Assembly (NCBI GenBank): GCA_035495615.1
Contig: DATJFP010000047.1
Location: 4,106-68,105, forward strand
From: Verrucomicrobiia bacterium
GTDB taxonomy: Bacteria > Omnitrophota > Omnitrophia > Omnitrophales > Aquincolibacteriaceae
DNA length: 64,000 nucleotides
Reading direction: 5' to 3'
Positions 40,850 to 49,807 of this stretch are shown piece after piece. Numbering within the stretch: the first letter of the stretch is position 1; each line of letters begins with the position of its first letter. A model generated the notes under the pieces. The model worked only from the letters and a program-made list of their open reading frames with translations, ran no database searches and had not been told where the DNA came from. Position numbers and translations under genes: made by a program.

Positions 40850-42737
40850 AATCAATTCGCCGCGCGATCTGAAAAAGATCCCGCTCGAAAAGCTCCCCGA
40901 AGTCGCGGACGAATACCGTCAATACCTCATCGAATGCGTTTCCAAGACCGGCGGCCATCTGGGCGCCAGCCTGGGTGCGCTGGAGCTGAACATCGCGCTC
41001 CATTACGTCCTGGAATCGCCCAAAGACAAGATCTGCTGGGACGTGGGCCACCAGGCTTACGTGCACAAGATGATCACGGGCCGGCGCGACCGCATGCTGA
41101 CCCTGCGCCAGCCGCACGGCATCAGCGGTTTTCCTTCTCCTTTCGAAAGCGAGCACGATCCCTTCATCGTCGGCCATGCCAGCACGGCCATTTCCCAGGC
41201 GCTCGGCCTTGCCGCGGCGCGCGACCTGAACAAGACCGACGAAAAAGTGGTCGCAGTGGTGGGCGACGGTTCAATCACGGCCGGACTCGCGTACGAAGCG
41301 TTGAACAATGCCGGGCATCTCAAAAAGGACATGCTGATCATCCTGAACGACAACAAGATGTCGATCGCCAAGAACGTCGGCGCCATCAGCAACTGCCTGA
41401 ATCGCGTCATCACCAATCCCATTTACAACCGCATCCGCCTGGAAGTTGAACACCAGCTCGACAAGTTTCCGCGCCTGCGCAAGTTCACGACGAAAAATCT
41501 CGAAGGCCTTAAAAGCATCCTGGTCCCGGGCATTCTTTTCGAAGAACTCGGCTTCCGTTATTTCGGCCCCATAGATGGGCATGACGTGGTGGCTCTCGTC
41601 CACACGCTGCGTAAAATCCTTTCGCTGAAAGACTGCAGCTTCCTCCACATCGTGACCGAAAAAGGCAAAGGCTATCCGTTTGCCGAAAAGGACGCGGAAA
41701 AGCTGCACGGCGTCACGCCGTTTAACGTGGCGACGGGCGAGAAAATCCAGGGCGAGGTCAAGAAGGAAGGCGCGCCTTATACGAAGGTGTTTGCCAAGGC
41801 GCTTACCAAAATCGCGCGCGAGAATCCGAAAGTCGTGGCCATTACCGCGGCCATGCCCACCGGCACGGGCCTCTTGGAATTTCAGAAGGAATTTCCGGAC
41901 CGGTTTTTCGACGTGGGTATCGCGGAACAGCATGCCGTCACGTTCGCGGGCGCGCTGGCCAAGGGCGGCATCAAGCCCGTCTGCGCCATTTATTCCACGT
42001 TCCTGCAGCGCTCGCAGGACAGCCTGCTGCATGACGTCGCGCTGCAGCGCCTGCCCACGGTGCTTTGTCTGGACCGCGCGGGCCTTGTCGGCGCGGACGG
42101 CGCCACGCACAACGGCGTCTTCGACATCAGCTACCTCGGCCATATCCCGCATGTCGTGATTGCCGCGCCGAAAGACGAGTTCGAAATGGAACAGATGCTC
42201 CGGCTTGGTATCGATTACCCGCACATCTTTGCCATTCGATACCCGCGCGGCAACGTGCCCCTGGAAGCCGCCAATCTTCCCCAAAATGCTTTCGGCATCG
42301 GGGAAGGAGAAGTGCTCCGCGAAGGCCAGGATGGGACGATCCTTGCGTTCGGCACGATGGTCTTCACCGCGCTGAAGGCGGCTGAACTTCTCAAGGAAGA
42401 AGGCTTTGAAGTGCGTGTCGTGAACATGCGCTTTGCCAAGCCTCTTGACGAAGTCCTGATCCTGCAGTCGCTGGAAAAAAGCCCGTTTCTCTTTACGGTC
42501 GAAGAGCACGTCCTGACGGGCGGTTTCGGCTCCAAGGTCCTCGAATTCCTGGAATCGCGCGGTGTCACGGGCGCCGCGTTGAAACGGTTCGCGCTGCCGG
42601 ACGAATTCATCGAGCACGGCGCGCAGGATGCGCTCCTTGACCAGTTCGGCCTTTCCGCGGAGAAGATCGCGGCTCAGGTCCTGAACGAGATCAAATTCCG
42701 GAAGCAAGACGTCGTTTCGGACCCGAACATCGCCTGA
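40830..42737 (+). CDS. dxs: 1-deoxy-D-xylulose-5-phosphate synthase
   Basis: 635 aa. ThDP motif GDGSITAGLAYEALNNAG. Transketolase-like pyrimidine and C-terminal domains. Confidence 0.9.
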   Translation: MPRWIHKINSPRDLKKIPLEKLPEVADEYRQYLIECVSKTGGHLGASLGALELNIALHYVLESPKDKICWDVGHQAYVHKMITGRRDRMLTLRQPHGISGFPSPFESEHDPFIVGHASTAISQALGLAAARDLNKTDEKVVAVVGDGSITAGLAYEALNNAGHLKKDMLIILNDNKMSIAKNVGAISNCLNRVITNPIYNRIRLEVEHQLDKFPRLRKFTTKNLEGLKSILVPGILFEELGFRYFGPIDGHDVVALVHTLRKILSLKDCSFLHIVTEKGKGYPFAEKDAEKLHGVTPFNVATGEKIQGEVKKEGAPYTKVFAKALTKIARENPKVVAITAAMPTGTGLLEFQKEFPDRFFDVGIAEQHAVTFAGALAKGGIKPVCAIYSTFLQRSQDSLLHDVALQRLPTVLCLDRAGLVGADGATHNGVFDISYLGHIPHVVIAAPKDEFEMEQMLRLGIDYPHIFAIRYPRGNVPLEAANLPQNAFGIGEGEVLREGQDGTILAFGTMVFTALKAAELLKEEGFEVRVVNMRFAKPLDEVLILQSLEKSPFLFTVEEHVLTGGFGSKVLEFLESRGVTGAALKRFALPDEFIEHGAQDALLDQFGLSAEKIAAQVLNEIKFRKQDVVSDPNIA

Positions 42738-42743
42738 TCTCCG

Positions 42744-43631
42744 GTGGATTCCATGAGAAAAAAGAAAACACCCCCCGCCGCACCGCGGAAAAAATCCCGT
42801 CCCATGACCGCGGGAATTTTCGTCAACCCGGACAAGTCCGCAGCCCTGACTCTCCTGAAAGAACTCCGCCGTTGGTTTGCCGCGAAAGGCATCCTCGTGG
42901 AAGATTCGCGCTCGCGGCCGATCCAGGAGTGGATCAAAAACTGCGCTTTCGTGGTCTGCCTGGGAGGCGACGGGACGCTGCTTTCGCTGGCAAGGCAAAT
43001 GCACGAAACGTCGGCCCCGGTCCTCGGCGTGCATCTCGGGAATCTGGGCTTTCTCACCGAGGTGAAGAAACACGAAGTTTTTTCGGAGCTCGAAAATTTT
43101 CTATCGGGCAAGTCTGAGATCGAGGAGCGCCTGATGATCCGCTGCTCGGCCGTAAGCAAGGGGCGCAGGACCCCGCGCGATTTCCTGGCGCTGAACGACG
43201 TCGTGATCGGCCGCGAAGGCCTAACACGGCTTTTGAAGCTGCGCGTGCAGGTGGGCGGGGAAGTGCTGACCAATTTTTCCGGCGACGGGGTCATCGTGGC
43301 CACGCCGACCGGATCGACCGCCTACTCGCTTTCCGCGGGCGGCGCGGTCGTGCACCCGACCCTGCAGGTCATGATGATCACGCCGATCTGTCCGCACGCG
43401 TCGTCGCTGCGGCCCATCGTCGTGTCGAGCAATGAGAAGATCCGGATCGCGCTGGAAAATCACGGGTCCGGTGCCAAGGCGCTGCTCACCGCCGATGGCC
43501 AGGACACGCTGGAGATCGACGCGAGTTACACGGTGGAAGTCACGCGGTCCAAACTGCCGCTGCGGCTGATCAAGAGTTCGAAACGCGGTTACTATGAAAC
43601 CCTGCGCGAAAATTTTAAATTTCCTTCGTAA
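42744..43631 (+). CDS. nadK: NAD kinase
   Basis: GGDGTLL motif. NE/D short motif region. DGVIVATPTGSTAYSLSAGG. Confidence 0.85.
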   Translation: MDSMRKKKTPPAAPRKKSRPMTAGIFVNPDKSAALTLLKELRRWFAAKGILVEDSRSRPIQEWIKNCAFVVCLGGDGTLLSLARQMHETSAPVLGVHLGNLGFLTEVKKHEVFSELENFLSGKSEIEERLMIRCSAVSKGRRTPRDFLALNDVVIGREGLTRLLKLRVQVGGEVLTNFSGDGVIVATPTGSTAYSLSAGGAVVHPTLQVMMITPICPHASSLRPIVVSSNEKIRIALENHGSGAKALLTADGQDTLEIDASYTVEVTRSKLPLRLIKSSKRGYYETLRENFKFPS

Positions 43632-43640
43632 GGAGAAGTT

Positions 43641-43994
43641 ATGGCCAAAGTACTGGTAGTGGACGACGAAAAATTCATCTGCGAGGAATTCCGTGATCTC
43701 ATGGCTGAGGACGGCCATGACGTGGACATTGCCTTCAACGGCCAGGAAGCTCTCAAGAAGGTCGCGGAAAGGGATTACCACGTGATTTTTCTCGACGTGC
43801 TGCTGCCGCGGATGGAAGGCCGACAGATTTTCGAAGAAATCAAAAAAATCAAAAAGGTCCCGGTGGTGTTCATGTCCGGCTATCTTCCTCCGAACAAAGA
43901 GAAAGAGGCCCTGAGCCTGGGCGCCCTGGCCTGCCTCAAGAAACCTCTCGACCTCGAACAGGTCAAAAAGATCATCGATGACGCCTCCCGATAA
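43641..43994 (+). CDS. Stand-alone CheY-like response-regulator receiver domain (117 aa)
   Basis: KVLVVDDE ... FLDVLLPRMEG ... VVFMSGY ... LKKP. All REC signature positions are present. Confidence 0.8.
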   Translation: MAKVLVVDDEKFICEEFRDLMAEDGHDVDIAFNGQEALKKVAERDYHVIFLDVLLPRMEGRQIFEEIKKIKKVPVVFMSGYLPPNKEKEALSLGALACLKKPLDLEQVKKIIDDASR

Positions 43995-45318
43995 GAACTC
44001 GCCGGAAACCCGCGCTGTCCGTGTCCGTTTTGCCCCGTCGCCTACGGGATACCTCCACATCGGCGGCGTGCGCACCGCGCTGTTCAATTATCTTTACGCG
44101 CGCAACCAGGGCGGGAAATTCCTGCTCCGCATCGAAGACACGGACCAGCAGCGCTCGAAAAAGGAATTCGAGGACGAAATCGTCAGCTCGATGAAATGGC
44201 TGGGGCTTACCTGGGACGAAGAGCTCGTTTACCAGAGCAAGCGTCTCGACCGCTATCACGAAATCGCGGACAAATTGATCGCCGAAGGAAAGGCCTACGA
44301 AAAGACCGAGGACGGCAAGAAGGCCGTCTGGTTTAAAATCCCTCACCGCGAAGTCATTTTCACCGATCTGGTGCATGGTCCGACGAAATTCGACACGTCG
44401 CTGTTCGAAGACCTCGTCATCATCAAATCCGACGGTTTTCCCACGTATCATTTTGCCTGCGTCATCGACGACCACGACATGGAAATCAGCCACGTGATCC
44501 GCGGCGATGACCACATCTCGAATACGCCGCGCCACATCCTGCTGTATGAAGCCCTGGGCTGGAAGCCGACCAAATACGCGCACCTGCCGCTCATCGTGGG
44601 CGACGACAATGCGCCGCTCTCCAAACGGCACGGCACCGTGGCCGCGGGCCATTACCGCGACCAGGGCTTTTTGCCGCAGGCGCTCGTCAATTTCCTGGCT
44701 TTGCTGGGATGGGGTGCGGCCTCGAACGAGGAGATCTTCACGCTTCAGGAGCTTTGTCAGAAATTCAGCCTGAAAAAAGTGAACAAGGCCAATGCCCGGT
44801 TCAATCTCGAAAAGCTGCTGTGGATCAATGCCCAGCACCTGAAAAATTTGCCGAAGGCGGATTACGTGAATGCCATTTCCGCTTTTTATCCCGAAGAGTC
44901 GCGCGCCATGGCGCCCGAGGTGTGGGAAAAGATCGTGCTCCTTTTTCAAACCCGCATCAAGACGTTTCGCGATCTGAAAACCGAAGCCTCGTACGTTTTC
45001 GAAGAGCCCGCGGCCTATGATGAGTCTCAGGCAGCCGCGTATCTTTCCCGTCCGGAAGCTGCGGCGGCTTTCGAAGCCTGGGTCCAGAAGGCCGGGGCCC
45101 TTCCCGATTTCAATGACGACAAGGCGCTCGAAGCCCTCACGCGCGACGTGGCCAAGGAGAACGGGCTGGAAGCCAAAGACATGATCCATCCGCTGCGTTT
45201 TTTTCTTACGGGAAAGACCGTGAGCCCGGGCCTCTTCGAGCTGATGAACGTCCTGGGAAAAGAAAAGTGCCTGCGCCGCATTACCCGCTTTACGGGAAAG
45301 AAATCCCTGGCGCCCTGA
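43978..45318 (+). CDS. gltX: Glutamate--tRNA ligase
   Basis: RFAPSPTGYLHIGGVRTAL (HIGH). LRIEDTD. KLSKRHG (KMSKS-type). Colinear with E. coli GluRS. Confidence 0.85.
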   Translation: MTPPDKNSPETRAVRVRFAPSPTGYLHIGGVRTALFNYLYARNQGGKFLLRIEDTDQQRSKKEFEDEIVSSMKWLGLTWDEELVYQSKRLDRYHEIADKLIAEGKAYEKTEDGKKAVWFKIPHREVIFTDLVHGPTKFDTSLFEDLVIIKSDGFPTYHFACVIDDHDMEISHVIRGDDHISNTPRHILLYEALGWKPTKYAHLPLIVGDDNAPLSKRHGTVAAGHYRDQGFLPQALVNFLALLGWGAASNEEIFTLQELCQKFSLKKVNKANARFNLEKLLWINAQHLKNLPKADYVNAISAFYPEESRAMAPEVWEKIVLLFQTRIKTFRDLKTEASYVFEEPAAYDESQAAAYLSRPEAAAAFEAWVQKAGALPDFNDDKALEALTRDVAKENGLEAKDMIHPLRFFLTGKTVSPGLFELMNVLGKEKCLRRITRFTGKKSLAP

Positions 45319-45324
45319 GGCCCT

Positions 45325-45663
45325 ATGTCCGACTGTTTGTTTTGCAAAATCGTGAAGGGCGAAATTCCGTCGCGCGTCGCCTATCAAGACGAACGCGTCT
45401 TTGCCTTTCACGACATCAACCCCCAAGCCCCCGTCCACGTGCTGGTGATCCCCAAGAAACATATCCCGCGTATCGCCGAGATGGGGGAAGGCGACGCCGC
45501 TCTCATGGGGGAAGTCCTCGAATCGGCGCGGAAGATCGCTTCGCAAAACAAATGGAAGGACTACCGGCTGGTCATCAATGACGGACCCGAAGCCGCGCAA
45601 ACGGTCTTCCATGTCCACCTGCACCTCTTGAGCGGGCGCCGCATGACATGGCCTCCGGGCTGA
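45325..45663 (+). CDS. HIT-family (histidine triad) hydrolase
   Basis: CLFCKIVKGEIP ... HVHLHLL triad motif. Confidence 0.85.
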   Translation: MSDCLFCKIVKGEIPSRVAYQDERVFAFHDINPQAPVHVLVIPKKHIPRIAEMGEGDAALMGEVLESARKIASQNKWKDYRLVINDGPEAAQTVFHVHLHLLSGRRMTWPPG

Positions 45664-45746
45664 ACCCTCCGATTCACACCGCCGCAATCCCTTTCTCCTG
45701 CTTGTTTTAACGCACTTTGCTTCTTCGCAAACCGGAGGTTATTCTT

Positions 45747-46394
45747 TTGAGAAGAGCCCTTATGCCCGACGACGCGCTTATTATGAAAGAAGTCTATAGT
45801 CCTGCCGACATCGCCCTCCTCTGCAAAAAGGACGTTGCGGAGGTCCGGAGCTGGATGGAGCAGGGGCTTTTGCGCTGCTTCCAGGTCACGGGCGGGCATT
45901 TGCGCGTGACGCATGAAAGCCTGTCCGATTTCATGGAGGCCGGTAAGATCGAGAAGCCGGGCGAATGGAATGCGGCGCCCCAAAAACTGCGCGTGCTCGT
46001 TGTCGAGGATGATCCGGACTTACTTGAAATCATTTCCGAACTATTGAAAGAAGAACCGCGCATCGAAGTCCGCGCGGAAAACAACGGCTTCACCGCGGGG
46101 CTGCAGATTGCGGGCTGGTATCCCGACCTGGTGCTTCTCGATTTTCTGATGCCGGGCATCAGCGGCTTTGAACTTTGCGCGCGGCTGCGCGAGAACGAAA
46201 AAACTTCGGACCTGCCCGTCCTGGCCATGACCTCGCTGACTTCCATCGACAAGAAACGGGAAATCTACGAATCGGGGGTTTCCGATTTCCTGGGCAAGCC
46301 TTTCCGGAGTCAGGATCTCCTGCACAAGGTCCGGCTCCTTCTCGGCCTGGACCCGGCTTACCGCACCGCTTCCACAGGGGCGAAGAAAGCCTGA
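45747..46394 (+). CDS. DNA-binding response regulator with N-terminal excisionase/MerR-type HTH and C-terminal receiver domain. Start TTG 45747 inferred from the GGAGG RBS; ATG 45762 is the alternative.
   Basis: HTH-like segment VYSPADIALLCKKDVAEVRSWMEQGLLRCFQVTGGHLRV. REC domain LRVLVVEDDPDLL...LLDFLMPGISG...LAMTSL...LGKP. Confidence 0.65.
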   Translation: MRRALMPDDALIMKEVYSPADIALLCKKDVAEVRSWMEQGLLRCFQVTGGHLRVTHESLSDFMEAGKIEKPGEWNAAPQKLRVLVVEDDPDLLEIISELLKEEPRIEVRAENNGFTAGLQIAGWYPDLVLLDFLMPGISGFELCARLRENEKTSDLPVLAMTSLTSIDKKREIYESGVSDFLGKPFRSQDLLHKVRLLLGLDPAYRTASTGAKKA

Positions 46395-46445
46395 TTTGCA
46401 AATTTCCCTGCCATTTTCCTCCGGAGTCATTCTAAAACTGTCCTC

Positions 46446-46474
46446 TTGTGCGCCGCATGAGGAATGCTTATAAT
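46446..46474 (+). promoter_or_regulatory. Sigma-70-like promoter upstream of tRNA-Gln: -35 TTGTGC, 17-bp spacer, -10 TATAAT
   Basis: TTGTGC at 46446-46451. TATAAT at 46469-46474. tRNA 5' end at 46506. Confidence 0.5.
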
Positions 46475-46505
46475 AGCGGCTTCCGATGCCGGCCATTTTA
46501 CTTTT

Positions 46506-46576
46506 TGGGGGATGGTGTAACGGTAGCACGACAGACTCTGGATCTGTCTGTCTAGGTTCGAATCCTAGTCCCCCAG
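46506..46576 (+). tRNA. tRNA-Gln (anticodon CTG), CCA not encoded
   Basis: Acceptor TGGGGGA/TCCCCCA (the U1-A72 pair typical of bacterial tRNA-Gln). D arm GTGT-AACGGTA-GCAC. Anticodon stem ACAGA/TCTGT with loop CTCTGGA. T arm CTAGG-TTCGAAT-CCTAG. Discriminator G. Confidence 0.85.
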
Positions 46577-46624
46577 AACTTTCGGCTGGGAACCTGGATT
46601 CGGAAACCAGGAAGTGAGGGACGT

Positions 46625-46966
46625 ATGGATAAAAAAACGCTTTATGAAAAAGCCGAGCATGCGTTTAATCAGGCTTTTGAGGCCGCGAAACAGTCAGTCA
46701 AAGTAGTTTCGGAAAAGGCTGGGGAAGCCGCCCAGGTCACCAAACTGCTCATCGAAAAGGCGGCCCTGGAGCATCGCGTCACCAAGAAGTTTGCCCAGAT
46801 CGGAAGCAGCGTTTACGAACAGTCGACCCGCGAAGGCCGCATTGACGCCGGCAACGAACGGGTCAAGGCCCTCATCGAGGAGACGAAAAAACTCGACGCC
46901 GAGCTTGCGCGCGTCGAGGCCGCCCTCGAGCAAGAAAAGATTTTTAAGAAGGAAAACCGAGTTTAG
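46625..46966 (+). CDS. Hypothetical small helical/coiled-coil protein (113 aa) between two tRNA genes
   Basis: ORF with upstream GAGGGA RBS. No recognisable family. Confidence 0.5.
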   Translation: MDKKTLYEKAEHAFNQAFEAAKQSVKVVSEKAGEAAQVTKLLIEKAALEHRVTKKFAQIGSSVYEQSTREGRIDAGNERVKALIEETKKLDAELARVEAALEQEKIFKKENRV

Positions 46967-46997
46967 AAGTTTTGGGAAGCTTCGCGCTTCCTCACGT

Positions 46998-47082
46998 GCG
47001 ATCGTGGTGGAATTGGCAGACACACTAGCTTGAGGGGCTAGCGCCGCAAGGCATACAGGTTCAAGTCCTGTCGGTCGCACCA
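46998..47082 (+). tRNA. tRNA-Leu (anticodon GAG), type II with long variable arm, CCA encoded
   Basis: Acceptor GCGATCG/CGGTCGC. 3-bp D stem with GAATTGGCAGA loop. Anticodon stem CTAGC/GCTAG with loop TTGAGGG. Variable arm GCC-GCAA-GGC. T arm ACAGG-TTCAAGT-CCTGT. ACCA 3' end. Very similar in layout to E. coli tRNA-Leu. Confidence 0.9.
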
Positions 47083-47107
47083 TTTGCTCTTTTTATAATT
47101 TATAAAA

Positions 47108-47125
47108 CGACCGACAGGACTTGAA
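47108..47125. repeat. Perfect 18-nt inverted copy of the tRNA-Leu 3' end (47060-47077), 30 nt downstream of the tRNA
   Basis: cgaccgacaggacttgaa is the reverse complement of ttcaagtcctgtcggtcg. The AT-rich 30-nt spacer would form the loop. Confidence 0.6.
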
Positions 47126-47283
47126 GGCCGAAGCCAGGTGGCTTCGGCACGCTCGGCAGACCTTGACGGTCTGCTCTTCGCAGGGAGCACCTGTTTTGAA
47201 ACGGGACCTACGTCACGTTTCAAGGTGCGGGCGGTTACCGGGGCCACAGGCCACGGAACCAAGTCCCCAAACAAGGTCGCACC

Positions 47284-47311
47284 ATCGGCCGAAGGCCGAT
47301 AAGATTTTTTT
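47284..47311 (+). terminator. Rho-independent terminator (ATCGGCC-gaa-GGCCGAT followed by aaga-TTTTTTT)
   Basis: 7-bp GC-rich stem, GAA loop, 7-T run at 47305-47311, 34 nt before the next ATG. Confidence 0.7.
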
Positions 47312-47344
47312 CTTAACGCATCCACATCTCGAAAGGCCCTCCCC

Positions 47345-48715
47345 ATGCAAGGACAGCAGATGATCCCTTCTCATGTTTTTCGTGAATATGACATCCGCGG
47401 CATCGCCGATAAAGAATTCTCCGACGAGCTCGTCACGTCCATCGGCCGCGCGTTTGCCACGCTTCTTGCCAGGGAAAATAAAAACCACATCGCGGTCGCT
47501 CATGACATGCGTCCCAGCTCGGACCGTCTTCACGCCGCGCTGATCAAGGGGCTCATGTCCGCGGGCGCCCACGTCGTGGACCTGGGCCTCGTTCCCACGC
47601 CCGTCCTTTATTTTTCCGTCTCTCATCTGAAACTGCAGGCCGGCATTTCCATCACGGGCTCGCATAATCCGGTGGAATACAACGGCTTCAAGCTGCACCT
47701 CGCGGACCGCCCCTTTTTCGGCGCGGAAATCCAGGAGCTGCGCAAGCTCATCGAGTCCGGCAAGTTCCTTCAGGCTCCCGGCAAAGTGGAGAAGGGGACG
47801 ATCCTCTCAGAATACAAAAACTACGTCCGCGGCCTTTTTAAATTCAAAAGGAAGATCAAGGTGGTCGTGGATTCCGGGCACGGTATGGGCGCGCTTGTCG
47901 CTCCCGATCTCATCAAGAGCCTGGGCCATGACGTCATCGAACTCTATTCGAATCTTGACCCGGCCTTTCCGGACCATCACCCCGACCCGTCCGAACCCAA
48001 AAACCTCGTGGATGCGCAGAAAAAGGTCCTCGAGAAAAAGGCGGACTGCGGCATTGCCTTTGACGGCGATGCGGACCGCATCGGGCTCGTGGATGAAAAA
48101 GGGGAAGTCATTCCGGGCGACAAGATCCTGCTGCTCGCCGCGCGCGCGATCCTGAAGAAAAAACCCGGTTCCACCATCATTGGCGACGTGAAATGCTCGC
48201 AGGCCGTGTACGACGACATCACGAAAAGAGGCGGGAAGGCCGTCATGTGGAAGACCGGCCACTCGCTCATCAAGGCGAAGATGAAGGAAACGCACGCGGA
48301 GCTCGCGGGCGAAATGAGCGGGCACATGTTTTTCGTGGACCGCTGGTTCGGCTTTGACGACGCGATTTACGCGGCGTGCCGCGTGCTGGAAATCCTGGAC
48401 GAAGATCCGCGCCCCTTGTCGCAGCACCTGGCGGACCTGCCGCCGCTTTTTTCCACGCCGGAACTCCGCGTGGACTGTCCGGACGACGTGAAATTCGATC
48501 TCGTCAAAAAAGCCGTGGCCGAATTCAAAAAAGAATACAAGGTGATCGACACCGACGGCGCGCGCATCCTTTTCAACGACGGATGGGGCCTTGTCCGTGC
48601 CTCGAACACCCAGCCCGTTCTCGTCCTGCGCTTCGAGGCCACGAGCCAGAAGCGGCTTCTCGAAATCCAGAGCCTCGTCGAATCCAAACTCAAACAGCTG
48701 GGCGGAAAGGCCTGA
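47345..48715 (+). CDS. Phosphohexomutase (phosphoglucosamine mutase / phosphomannomutase family)
   Basis: Active-site TGSHNP. Mg-binding GIAFDGDADR. 456 aa with four-domain alpha-D-phosphohexomutase layout. Confidence 0.85.
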   Translation: MQGQQMIPSHVFREYDIRGIADKEFSDELVTSIGRAFATLLARENKNHIAVAHDMRPSSDRLHAALIKGLMSAGAHVVDLGLVPTPVLYFSVSHLKLQAGISITGSHNPVEYNGFKLHLADRPFFGAEIQELRKLIESGKFLQAPGKVEKGTILSEYKNYVRGLFKFKRKIKVVVDSGHGMGALVAPDLIKSLGHDVIELYSNLDPAFPDHHPDPSEPKNLVDAQKKVLEKKADCGIAFDGDADRIGLVDEKGEVIPGDKILLLAARAILKKKPGSTIIGDVKCSQAVYDDITKRGGKAVMWKTGHSLIKAKMKETHAELAGEMSGHMFFVDRWFGFDDAIYAACRVLEILDEDPRPLSQHLADLPPLFSTPELRVDCPDDVKFDLVKKAVAEFKKEYKVIDTDGARILFNDGWGLVRASNTQPVLVLRFEATSQKRLLEIQSLVESKLKQLGGKA

Positions 48716-48719
48716 TCCC

Positions 48720-49793
48720 ATGCCCCCGGCCGGCCGGTGGGCCGTAATCATGGCGGGCGGGCGCGGCACGCGTTTCTGGCCCGAGAGCCGCAACGCCATG
48801 CCCAAGCAATTCCTGGCCATGTTCGGCAGGAAGACCCTTCTCGAAGAAACTGTGGACCGTCTGGCCCCGGTTGTTTCCAAATCTCACATCTTCGTCGTCA
48901 CTCAAAAAGACAAGACCGGCCTCGTCCGGAAAAAAATCCATGCACCAGCCTCGCGCGTTCTCGGCGAGCCCGTGGGGCGGAACACGGCGCCGTGCATGAT
49001 TTACGCTGCGGCGCTCATCGCGCGTAAAGACCCCAAGGCCGTCCTGGCCATGCTTCCCGCGGACAACCGCATTGAAAACGTGCCTGTGTTTCGCAGGGCG
49101 CTGAAAGCCGCCTATGCTGCGGCCTCAAAAGAAGGGCTTCCGGTAACTTTTGGCATTCGGCCCGGATACCCGCATACGGGCTACGGCTACCTGGAAATGG
49201 GGAAAGAGGCCTGCCGCGCCGGAGGCTTCAAAATTTACCGGCTCAAGCGCTTTCATGAAAAGCCGAACCTTCCCCGCGCCAAGGCCTTTTTTAATTCCGG
49301 AAAATTTTTATGGAACAGCGGCATGTTCGTATGGCGCGCGGACCGGCTGCTGGAAACGGCGCGGAAATTCCTGCCCGAGGCGTACGAACTCGCGCGGTTC
49401 ATGACGGAAAAAGATGCGGCGCGGCGGCTGGAAAAATATTTCCACAAAATGCCGAACATCTCTATCGATTACGGCCTGATGGAAAAACTCGGCAGCGGTA
49501 TTTTGACGCTTCCAGTCGACATCGGCTGGAGCGACGTGGGCGGATGGAAGACTCTCGCCGAGCTGCTCGGCAAGCCCGGCGCGGACAATGTTCTGGTAGG
49601 CGATGTCGTGCCCGTGCGCAGCCGCGGCAACTTCGTGAAAATGAACGGCCGCATGGCCGCGCTGGTCGGCGTGCAAAATCTTGTCGTCATCGACACGCCG
49701 GACGCGCTCCTTGTCTGCGCCAAAGACCAGACCGAAGCCATCCGCGAGGTCGTGGACGAAATCAAAAGGCGCGACTGGAACCACTACCTCTAG
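48720..49793 (+). CDS. manC: Mannose-1-phosphate guanylyltransferase (nucleotidyltransferase family)
   Basis: WAVIMAGGRGTRFWP N-terminal signature. Starts 5 nt after the mutase stop (the ORF-track start at 48591 is an upstream extension overlapping the mutase). Confidence 0.8.
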   Translation: MPPAGRWAVIMAGGRGTRFWPESRNAMPKQFLAMFGRKTLLEETVDRLAPVVSKSHIFVVTQKDKTGLVRKKIHAPASRVLGEPVGRNTAPCMIYAAALIARKDPKAVLAMLPADNRIENVPVFRRALKAAYAAASKEGLPVTFGIRPGYPHTGYGYLEMGKEACRAGGFKIYRLKRFHEKPNLPRAKAFFNSGKFLWNSGMFVWRADRLLETARKFLPEAYELARFMTEKDAARRLEKYFHKMPNISIDYGLMEKLGSGILTLPVDIGWSDVGGWKTLAELLGKPGADNVLVGDVVPVRSRGNFVKMNGRMAALVGVQNLVVIDTPDALLVCAKDQTEAIREVVDEIKRRDWNHYL

Positions 49794-49807
49794 CTTTCCG
49801 GACTGAC

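Larger units (their letters stand above)
47083..47311 (+). ncRNA. Candidate structured non-coding RNA or tRNA trailer (about 230 nt) with at least five stable hairpins, ending in an intrinsic terminator. Class not recognised.
   Basis: Hairpins: GCCGAAGCC-aggt-GGCTTCGGC (47127-47148). GCAGACC-ttgac-GGTCTGC (47156-47174). TTGAAACG-12nt-CGTTTCAA (47196-47223). Terminator hairpin at 47284-47300. No ORF with an RBS. Confidence 0.3.

Noticed and set aside
47083-47311. SRP (4.5S), 6S RNA or tmRNA identity for the structured segment
   Set aside because: It lacks the SRP domain-IV AGCAG/GGAA signature, the tmRNA tRNA-like end and the 6S central bubble. Left as an unclassified candidate.
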